Position numbers and translations under genes: made by a program | Part shown: positions 9,474-18,100 of the stretch, piece by piece | Position numbering within the stretch: position 1 is the first letter of the stretch | Layout: every line of letters begins with the position of its first letter | Notes under the pieces: model-generated | What the model saw: only the letters and a program-made list of their open reading frames with translations | Told to the model about the DNA's origin: nothing | The model's database searches: none | Assembly (NCBI GenBank): GCA_965203175.1 | Contig: OZ241867.1 | Span: 5,088,001 to 5,152,000, forward strand | Direction of reading: 5' to 3' | Length of the DNA: 64,000 bases | Source: Candidatus Latescibacterota bacterium | Lineage (GTDB): Bacteria; Latescibacterota; UBA2968; UBA8231

Positions 9474-10793
9474 ATGAAATCCGCTCTGTTTTCCTTCCTC
9501 ACCTGCGCCTTAACCCTTGGCGCATGCTCTGATCGCGATCCAGTTTCCTCCAACGAGCCGACCGAGCCGGCCGCCAAGCGCAGAATCAGCAGCATAATTT
9601 GGACCACCACTTCCGTCGCCGGACGGGCCGAGTCGCGGATCCATCCGCTCGGCACCGACGAGGCCGTGCAGATCCGCTCGTTGCTCTCGATTACTGGTGC
9701 GGCGTCGCTGGGCGGGGCGTTGCGCAACGGTGTCGAGTTGGCCGTGCGCGACTTCGGCGACATCCACGGTCGCGCCGTCGAACTCGGCGAGTCCATGGAC
9801 AGTATGTGCTCGCCAGAGGGCGGACGCGAGGGTGCTAAACAGATCAGCGCCGACCGGCAGGTGGTAGGCGTCATCGGCACGTCGTGCTCGGCCGCGGCCG
9901 TGGCGGCCTCACCGGTGATCAGCGAGGCAGGACTGGTGATGATCTCGCCGTCCAACACGTCACCGTTGCTCACGTCCGACCTCGCTGGCAACGCCAATCC
10001 CAATTATCACCCCGGCTATTTCCGCACTTCCAATAACGATCTCTATCAAGCGAACGCAGTTGCCGACTTTGCCTACAATGAACTAGGGCTGCGGCGCATG
10101 GTGGCCGTTGACGACGGCGATCCATACACAGCGTCCCTAGTCAGCGCGTTTGGCAATGCGTTTGGCGCACTCGGCGGCGAGATCGCGGTCGCTGCCCGGA
10201 TCGACAAGGGCGACACGGACATGACGGACGTTCTCGCGGAATTCGCCGCTGCCGACCCAGACGGCATCTTCTTCCCCCTCTTCGAAGAGGAAGGCACGCC
10301 CTTCGCCGAGCAGGCGCGGGCGTTCGACGGCCTGGAAGATGCGACGCTCATTTCAGGCGCGGCTCTCCTCGTGTCCGAGTTCCTCGGCACACCACAATCG
10401 GAGGGCATGTACTTCGCCGGGCCAGAGTCGGACCACGGCGCAAACGTCAATGCAGCGACCGGCAAGAATGCGGCCGATGTGCTCGCCGCGTATGAAGCCG
10501 CGTACGGCGGGTCGCCGACTTCTCCGTACTGGGCCCATGCGTACGACGCCACCACAGTGCTGCTCAGCGCCATCAAATCCGTTGCGGTGGAGCAAGACGG
10601 CAAATTGCACATAAACCGCGCTGCGCTGCGCATGAAGATTGGAGCAATGACCGGCTTTCAGGGGATTATCGGCGCGATCTCCTGCGACGATTTCGGCGAC
10701 TGCGGCACTGGGCACATCAACATCTACCACCATACGGATACGAACATCACAGACACCGCGCAGTTGCCAATAGTGTACCAGTTCGCGCCGTGA
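9474..10793 (+). CDS. LivJ/LivK-type (class I) solute-binding lipoprotein, copy 1
   Basis: Lipobox LGAC; GVELAVRD, VVGVIGTSCS, MISPSNTSP.LT, YFRT, AYDA, FQGIIG. Confidence 0.9.
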   Translation: MKSALFSFLTCALTLGACSDRDPVSSNEPTEPAAKRRISSIIWTTTSVAGRAESRIHPLGTDEAVQIRSLLSITGAASLGGALRNGVELAVRDFGDIHGRAVELGESMDSMCSPEGGREGAKQISADRQVVGVIGTSCSAAAVAASPVISEAGLVMISPSNTSPLLTSDLAGNANPNYHPGYFRTSNNDLYQANAVADFAYNELGLRRMVAVDDGDPYTASLVSAFGNAFGALGGEIAVAARIDKGDTDMTDVLAEFAAADPDGIFFPLFEEEGTPFAEQARAFDGLEDATLISGAALLVSEFLGTPQSEGMYFAGPESDHGANVNAATGKNAADVLAAYEAAYGGSPTSPYWAHAYDATTVLLSAIKSVAVEQDGKLHINRAALRMKIGAMTGFQGIIGAISCDDFGDCGTGHINIYHHTDTNITDTAQLPIVYQFAP

Positions 10794-10817
10794 TCCCGAC
10801 GGAAAGCTGAGCCTCTT

Positions 10818-12551
10818 TTGACAGCAGCCCGCGCAAACGCAAACATCCGCTACGAACTAGACGAGCGCTGTCCCCTACCCGTGGCCATAGGGGTCGGCGT
10901 TCAGGGTATCATGATAGGGCTGGCTCCGACAGTATTGATCGTGGCCATCACCGCCCTAGCAGCAGGCCAAGATGAACGCTATCTGTCGTGGGCCGTTTTC
11001 GCGGCGCTGATAATCAGCGGGGTGAACACTGCGCTACAAGCAGCCAAGATCGGACGGCTGGGCGGTGGCCATGTGCTCATTATGGGAGCCACGCCCAACT
11101 TCATCGCCATCTCGGTCCTGGCCATCGAAGAGGGCGGGCCAGCCATGTTGGCCAGCCTCATCGTCCTCTCGTCGTTTTTTTACCTAGCATTAGCGGCGTG
11201 GCTGCCGTTGCTGCGCCGCATCATTACGCCAGTCGTCTCCGGCACGGTACTCATGCTAATTGCGGCGATGATCCTCCCCATCGCTTTCGACCGGTTGCGA
11301 GAAGTGCCCGAGGGGTCATCACTGGCAGCGGGTCCGTGCGTGGCAGCGGTGACGCTGATTGCAGCCACGATGTTGATGCTGCGCGGCCCGCGGACTTGGC
11401 GACCGTGGTCACTGCTGCTCGGAATCGCCGCAGGCTGCGTGGCCGCGGTGCCATTCGGACTGTACAACTTTGAGCGCTTGAGCACAGCTTCTTGGGTTGG
11501 AATCTCCAACAGTGGATTCCCAGGGCTGGACCTGACGCCGAGCGCGGGGTTCTGGGCGCTGCTGCCGATGTTCCTGATTGTGACACTCGTGCAAGTGATC
11601 AAGGGCATTGGCGACGGCGTGGTCATTCAACAGGTGTCGCGGCGGCGGCCACGAACGACAGACTTTCGCCTAATCCAAGGCTCAACCTACGCCAACGGGG
11701 TATGCGTTCTGTTATCGGGCATTACCGGGACGCCGCCCACGACCTCCTATTCGTCGTCCACCGTCTCGCTCATCAACCTCACCGGAGTCTCCGCGCGCAG
11801 CGCTGGATATGCCGTGGGAGGTCTCCTCGTGGTGCTGGCGTTCTTTCCCAAGATAACGAGCGTATTACTCTCCATTCCCAGTCCAGTCCTGGGGGGGTTC
11901 TTGTTGATCGCGATTGGGATGCTCTTCGTCGAGGGGATCCAGACCCTCGCGCGGGCCGGCCTCGACCCGCAAAAGGCCATCGTGGTAGGGCTGGCGTTCT
12001 CCATCGGCCTCGGTATGCAACATCAGAACATTCTCGCGGACCTGCTGGGAAGTCCTTGGGGCGCGTTACTCGGCAACGGCATGACCATCGGCACGGCGAC
12101 AGCGATCGCGCTAACCGCGTTCCTCGAACTGACCAGTCCGCGACGCCGACGCCTAGAGGTGCGGTTGGATATCGCCGACCTTCCCCGCATCGACGCCTTC
12201 CTCCAAGAAATTGCCGCCAAGATGGGTTGGGACGCTGCCGCGACCGAGCGGTTGCGCTCCGCAGGCGAGGAAACCCTGTCGAGTCTGTTGCAGCCGGACA
12301 ACGCATATCCAGCGGGCGAGGCCCCGCGCTTGATTGTCGTCGCGCGACCCGAAGGTGGGATTGTAGAAATGGAATTTCTAGCGGTCTTTGACGAAGACAA
12401 CCTAGAAGACCGTCTTGCGTATTTAGACGAACAGACCGAGACCTTTGATGAACGAGAGCTATCGTTTCGTCTATTGCGCCATTACGCTTCTTCGGTGCGG
12501 CACCAGAAGTATCACGGCTTAGACGTCGTCACAGTGCAAGTGGCCCGATAG
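10818..12551 (+). CDS. supE: NCS2 (xanthine/uracil permease-like) transporter with C-terminal degenerate GHKL/anti-sigma-like domain; probable SupE
   Basis: About 12-14 hydrophobic segments; IITPVVSG and IPSPVLGG NCS2 motifs; soluble ~135-aa tail; next to the sup PKS. The gene name is from recollection of published sup clusters. Confidence 0.75.
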   Translation: MTAARANANIRYELDERCPLPVAIGVGVQGIMIGLAPTVLIVAITALAAGQDERYLSWAVFAALIISGVNTALQAAKIGRLGGGHVLIMGATPNFIAISVLAIEEGGPAMLASLIVLSSFFYLALAAWLPLLRRIITPVVSGTVLMLIAAMILPIAFDRLREVPEGSSLAAGPCVAAVTLIAATMLMLRGPRTWRPWSLLLGIAAGCVAAVPFGLYNFERLSTASWVGISNSGFPGLDLTPSAGFWALLPMFLIVTLVQVIKGIGDGVVIQQVSRRRPRTTDFRLIQGSTYANGVCVLLSGITGTPPTTSYSSSTVSLINLTGVSARSAGYAVGGLLVVLAFFPKITSVLLSIPSPVLGGFLLIAIGMLFVEGIQTLARAGLDPQKAIVVGLAFSIGLGMQHQNILADLLGSPWGALLGNGMTIGTATAIALTAFLELTSPRRRRLEVRLDIADLPRIDAFLQEIAAKMGWDAAATERLRSAGEETLSSLLQPDNAYPAGEAPRLIVVARPEGGIVEMEFLAVFDEDNLEDRLAYLDEQTETFDERELSFRLLRHYASSVRHQKYHGLDVVTVQVAR

Positions 12552-12560
12552 AAAATAGGA

Positions 12561-12678
12561 AGCTGCCTGAAATCCCTCGCGGCCTCGCACGACTGCAAAC
12601 GCGGCGGCCGCGGCTGTCCACCCCGTTTGCTTCCACCTTGCGCTCGCACTCGGGCGCACTCGGAAATTCCAGACAGCT
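12561..12678. mobile_element. MITE-like element with ~16-17 bp imperfect terminal inverted repeats
   Basis: Left AGCTGCCTGAAATCCC (12561-12576) versus reverse complement of the right end AGCTGTCTGGAATTTCC (12662-12678); non-coding interior. Confidence 0.45.
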
Positions 12679-12757
12679 CCTCACTGCAACACATCCCTCA
12701 AACGTTCCCATTAACGCACAGCGTCAACAGCAAATCGTTCGCACCCACAGACACTGA

Positions 12758-12773
12758 TGCACAATCCGTGCCA
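12758..12773 (-). promoter_or_regulatory. Sigma54 (-24/-12) promoter-like site
   Basis: Minus strand TGGCACGGATTGTGCA = TGGCACG with exact GG-N10-GC spacing, in an intergenic gap. Confidence 0.55.
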
Positions 12774-13096
12774 AGTTGTTAGCAAATAGATAAGTCCTTT
12801 ATACAAAGGATGTTAGATGACTGAGGCTCAGGGGGCGGAGAAATGCCGAAGTGACGCACAATGCAACGGTCGAATGGCACTGAAGGAGAGCAGGAGGAGG
12901 CCAACCCTTTGAAATCACGTGGCTTATGGCGCGGTTTGCGGAAAATTTGGCGGGACGTGCTGATTTGCAACACTGTCGCGTCTTGCGACAGGCAATATCG
13001 CCTTTATTCAGGACGTTTGATACCCAGTTTTTTCATCTTGTCTATCTCCCTTGAGACGATAGATAGCCCTTTGTAGCGCGGTAGGAAAAATGGGTA

Positions 13097-14002
13097 TCAA
13101 GCCAGCGGCTCGATAAATTCGCGCAGTGCCGCGACGCATTCTGCTGGTTGTTCCAGTTGCAAAAGGTGCGTCGCTTCAGGCAGGAAATCGTAATCTACGG
13201 TCAAAATGTGACTAAGATCGAGCGTCGGTAGATAGGAATACGGCAAGGTAGGATCGGCGCCGAGGACCTTTACTGGGCAACGAAGTGTTTCAAAATCCAC
13301 CAAAACAGCAAAAGTGCGAGCGTAATCTACGAGCTGCGCTTCGTATTCACGCGGACACCGCAACTCATACCCCTCCCCGCTAGCACATCTGCGCAGCGTT
13401 GTCTTTGCCACCAGATTGCAAACCCCGGGCACGGCACGCTGGAAGACTGGTAGATAGGGAAGAAAATCTGCAAACTCTTCCCTGGTCTGGAACTGAGCTG
13501 TGCGGCGCCGCGTCATGGCAGCCGTGCGCTCAACAGCCGCATCGAATTCTTCGTAATTGTCGTCGGGCTTGCACAAGGGTGGATCAAACAGAACGTACGC
13601 TGCGAATTCACTGCCTTTAGTCGGCGATAAAAGCGTTATCAGCGCCGCAACCGAATGAAATACGCCAATTTTCGGTTTTTTCCCGTAGTGGCGGTCAATC
13701 GCTTCGAGAATATAGTCGTGATCCTGAATTAATGTTGGCATATTGTGCTTTTGCAGGGTACCAACAGCATTCCAACCATGATTTCTGAGATCGTAGATGA
13801 TCAGATCGAAATCGTCGGCAAGCAGGGACCAGAAGGGATAATAGAGGTCAATCGCTAGACCGCTGCCGTGACTCAGCACGAGCCGCGGCCCCGCCGGATT
13901 TCCATGACGGCGCAGCGTGATGACAGTGCCATCGTCCATGCGAACATCGTTAGTGGAAAGCGGTTCGGGGATTTCCCAGACGGGTTCTGAAGTCGTGGTC
14001 AA
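13097..14002 (-). CDS. supD: Alpha/beta hydrolase of the sup cluster
   Basis: LVLSHGSG, YDLRNHG, VFHSVAA nucleophile elbow, ATHLLQLE; overlaps the PPTase stop. Confidence 0.85.
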   Translation of the reverse strand: MTTTSEPVWEIPEPLSTNDVRMDDGTVITLRRHGNPAGPRLVLSHGSGLAIDLYYPFWSLLADDFDLIIYDLRNHGWNAVGTLQKHNMPTLIQDHDYILEAIDRHYGKKPKIGVFHSVAALITLLSPTKGSEFAAYVLFDPPLCKPDDNYEEFDAAVERTAAMTRRRTAQFQTREEFADFLPYLPVFQRAVPGVCNLVAKTTLRRCASGEGYELRCPREYEAQLVDYARTFAVLVDFETLRCPVKVLGADPTLPYSYLPTLDLSHILTVDYDFLPEATHLLQLEQPAECVAALREFIEPLA

Positions 14003-14769
14003 TTGGAATCCGGGGCTAATTCGTGAGCGATAGCGGCTGCGAAATGATCGTTACCAAGATCTTCCAGCCGCCATCTAACGGTCGGCATCTGCGGAAACCG
14101 AAAGATGCTCGTCGCCTTACCGTGGCGCATGGCCAATGGGATCTCGAATTGGGACATATCCAAGGAAAGCCCTAGGCCAAGCGCCTTGATCAAGGCTTCT
14201 TTAATGGTCCAAAAATTGAAGAACAAGCGCAACTTGTGACAACCACGCGTCAATGCCAACTCGGCTTGTTCGTCTGGCCCCATCACGCTACTGATTAGTC
14301 CATCGAGATCGCGCGGTGTGCTGCGTTCCTCCACATCCACGCCCAGCCGTCCAGCCGCTGCAAACGTGATCAAGCCATGCGCGCCGCTGTGACTGACGTT
14401 GAAGCTGACGGAAGCTGCCTCTCCTTGCACCACCGCATACGGCTTTCCGTGATCGGACGCACTAAACGCAAGCTGCTCATTGCGGCAATCGAGTTGCCTA
14501 CAGAGCACGGCGCGGAGTGCTGCACGGCACAATGCAAATCGGCGACGCGGACCGTCGTGCTGGTAGCGTTGCCAACGCGCCTGTTCTTCCTCATCGAGCC
14601 ACGCCCAAGCCTCCGCCTCGCGGGCCGCATGAGGCGTCAGATCAACGTGTAGGACCGTAGCGCGGTCAACTGTTCTAAACGGACGCCACCAGCACTCGGC
14701 AACGGAAGCAGGCATTATATGGCAAGGGTCGCCCACTAATCCCGCAGAAGCGGTAGCGCTGAAAGCCAT
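13999..14769 (-). CDS. supC: Sfp-type 4'-phosphopantetheinyl transferase
   Basis: HGKP, FNVSHSG, LGVDVE, FWTIKEALIKALG. Confidence 0.93.
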   Translation of the reverse strand: MAFSATASAGLVGDPCHIMPASVAECWWRPFRTVDRATVLHVDLTPHAAREAEAWAWLDEEEQARWQRYQHDGPRRRFALCRAALRAVLCRQLDCRNEQLAFSASDHGKPYAVVQGEAASVSFNVSHSGAHGLITFAAAGRLGVDVEERSTPRDLDGLISSVMGPDEQAELALTRGCHKLRLFFNFWTIKEALIKALGLGLSLDMSQFEIPLAMRHGKATSIFRFPQMPTVRWRLEDLGNDHFAAAIAHELAPDSN

Positions 14770-14804
14770 CGCTTTGCAGAATCAGCGGACGACCCTTAGG
14801 GCGT

Positions 14805-15050
14805 TCAGCCAGCGTGAGAATCGATATGCTCGATCAAGCCTTGGACGCTGTTAATATTCGCACAGTCTTCGGGAGAAAACGCAACGTTGAACTCCCGAGA
14901 GACCAATCTCCCGAACGCAACGAGCTCCATAGAGGATACACCAGCCTCAAGGAGACTGGCATTCAGATCCTCGGGCAGATTTATTGGCTGCCCATCTACT
15001 TCGAGGTTTTCGGCGATGAGTTTTCCGAGACGTTCTGCTGTTGAGGCCAT
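14805..15050 (-). CDS. supB: Free-standing acyl carrier protein
   Basis: 81 aa, acidic; LLEAGVSSMELV attachment helix; lies between the PKS and the PPTase. Confidence 0.85.
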   Translation of the reverse strand: MASTAERLGKLIAENLEVDGQPINLPEDLNASLLEAGVSSMELVAFGRLVSREFNVAFSPEDCANINSVQGLIEHIDSHAG

Positions 15051-15133
15051 GTTCGCAATCCTTTCGCAATGGTTGATGGCTTAAAACTACGGGCAAAATA
15101 GCAAGAGAGGCACATTGCGTCAATCCACTGTAC

Positions 15134-18100
15134 TCAACGCCCCGCGCTCAAAGTTGGCCGCGCTTCAATCCAGTGGCGGCGGCGCTGGAACGGATAGCTC
15201 GGCAGCGAAATTCGGCAGCGCGTCTCCCCAGCGAACAACCCCGCAAAGGAAACCGCCAGTCCCGCCTCGTACGCGCCTGCAACCGCCGCCACGAAGCCAT
15301 TGTCTCCCTGCGAGGCTCCCACCAAGCTGGACAATACGACCGGCATTCCAGCACCGTCGGACGAAGCTATCTTCGGACCCAGCACCGCGTCTGGGCCAAT
15401 CTCCACGACGACCTGCACACCTAGCTCGGCCAGCGCCTCCACGCAGCGGTCGAACGCTACCGACTCACGCGCCTGCCGCTGCCAGTACGCCTCGTCGAGC
15501 GCATCCCCCGATTCCACTAATCGGCCCGTCACGCTGCTAACTAAGGTGAGCGCCGGTGGCGCAACCTTAATGCCTTCCAGATCCTCCTCCGCACCCCGCG
15601 CCACCGCAAGCCGCAACCCTTCCTCCAAACCAAACACCCCCGCGGCCTGCGCTGCCGCCAGTTCCCCGAGACCCTGCCCAACTACCGCGCTCGGCCGAAT
15701 CCCCACGCTCGACCACAGCGCCGTAAGCGCGCACTCCAGTGCGTACATGGCCGGCTGCGTCCACGCCGGGTCGTCCAAAGCTCCCGCCGAATCGGCCCGG
15801 CCAAACATCGCGTCCAACAGCGACGCGCCCCGTTCTTCCCGCAGTATCGCGTCGCAGCGGTCGAGAACCGCCCGCACCACCGGCTCGCATTCGTACAGCG
15901 CCTGCCCCATGCCGACCCATTGGCTACCCTCTCCGGTGTACGCAAACGCCACCTTGGTCGCCGCCATCGGCTGCGGCCGCTCCTCCACCTCCGCCAGCAT
16001 CTTCAGCCCGTCCCGCAGCGACGCGACATCGCCGAACACCACGCCGGCTCGGTAGTCGAAATGACTCCGACCCACGCCGGCCGTCCACGCCATGTCGGCA
16101 AGCATGGTTTCGGCGGTCCCTTCGGAAGAAAGCTCCGCGCTGCGCTCGTCAAGCCAGCTAGAATACTGCCGCGCAAGGTCCCGAAGGGCACCGTCCTCCT
16201 TCCCCGACAGCGGCAGGAACCGCATCCCGCGTCCCGTGAATCCTTCCTCCGACAGCGGCAGATCCGCCACCGGCTCAGGTAGAGAAGCGACTATGGGTTG
16301 CGCCGAGCCCGCCGGCAGGGCGGCCCCGTCGGCTGCTTCGTACCCTTCCACTACAACGTGGGCGTTCGTTCCCGATACCCCGAAGGCGCTGACCGCGGCC
16401 TTCGGCGGCCGGTCGGGACGAAGAGGCCAGTCCGTGTCCTCGGCAGTCACCCGCACAGGGAGCCGCTCCCAGTCCAAGTGCGGGTTCGGATCCCGAAAGT
16501 GCAGTTGCCGCGGAATCAGCCCTCGCTTCATCGCCAGCACCGTCTTGATCAGGCCGGCAACTCCGGCTGCCGTCTCCAGATGCCCGATGTTGGTCTTCAC
16601 GGAGCCGATCAGCAGGGGGCGGTCCTCTTCGCGTCCCCGGCCGTAAACTGCCGCGGCGGCCTGCACCTCGATCGGGTCCCCCAGCGCGGACCCGGCCCCG
16701 TGTGCTTCCAGGTAGTCCACTTCAGAGGGCGGAACTCCCGCCCGCGACAGCGCCTGCTCGATCACCCGCTCCTGCGCCGGACCATTCGGCACGGTCGGGC
16801 CTGCGGTCGCCCCGTTCTGGTTGACGGCCGATCCGCGGATCAACCCCCAGATGCGGTCGCCGGCCGCCTCGGCATCCCCCAGCCGCCTGAGGACGACCAT
16901 CCCGCAGCCTTCACCCCGGACGAAACCATCCGCGGAGGCATCGAAGGTATTGCACCGACCCCCGGGCGACAGCATCCCCAGCTCCGCCATCTCCCTAGTC
17001 AGCCCGGGGGACAGAACCGCGTTCACCCCTCCAACCAAGGCCAGGTCCACTTCGCCCTGCCGCAAAGCTGTCACAGCCTGATGTACGGCGACCAGTGAGG
17101 AAGCACAGTTCAGCTCCACCGGCATCGTCGGCCCCTCCAGACCCAGCACGAAGGAAACTCGCCCAACCGTCATGCTCCCCGCGGTACCCAGGTAGCTGAC
17201 GTCACACTCTCCGGCCGTCATCAGGTCCCGGTACTCGCTGGTGGCGACACCGGCATACACCCCGGTGCGGCTACCCCTCAATCCGTCCGCCTCGATCCCC
17301 GCATCCTCCAGAGCCTGCCAGCTCGTTTCCAAGAGGAGCCGCTGTTGCGGGTCCATGCCTCGCGCCTCGATCGGGGCAATCCGAAAGAACCTCCCGTCGA
17401 ATTGATCGATCCCTTCCACAAACCCGCCCCGGCGGTACGGGGCGTACTCGCCGGAAAGTTCTGCAGCGCTCCCAGAACCAGAATTCCATCGTCCGTCGGT
17501 CACTGCTTCCGCGCCGGCTTCGAGCTGGCGCCAGAACGCCGGGAGATCCGGCGCGCCAGGGAAGCGGCACGCCATGCCGACGATGGCGATACCGTCGTCC
17601 TCGCGCTGCACCGCCGACGGCTGCTCCGGTTGCTCCGGTTGCGTCTGGACGGCTGGGGTACCGCTGACGTCACCGAGCTCACCGGCCAAGTGACGAGCAA
17701 GTGCGGCGATGTCAGGGTAGTCGAACACCACAGTGTTCGATGCCACGTACTCCCCGGAGAACGCCCGATTCAGCCGATTCCGCAGTTCCACCGCCATCAG
17801 CGAGTCGATCCCCAGATCGAAGAAGCCCACCGCGGGCTCGGGTGCCGCCGGCAGCCTCAACACCGCCTGCACTTCCTGCTGCAGGAAGGAAACGAGCAAC
17901 TCTTCGCGCGCCTCCGCCGGTGCGGCCCCCAGTTGGGAAAGCAGATCTTCCGCTGTGCCTAGAGAGTCCGCCGAGGCATCCTCGGCCGCTGGCAGCAGGT
18001 CTTCGAACAGGGATGGACGGCCCTCAATGGCCTCTCCGAATACGGACCAGTCCGCCGCCAGAACGACCGCGGTCGTGGGATCCTCGCGCAGCAACCGGTC

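Noticed and set aside
12512-13076. 60-71 aa ORFs in the gap between the permease and the hydrolase
   Set aside because: They overlap in conflicting frames and lack RBSs or protein-like composition.
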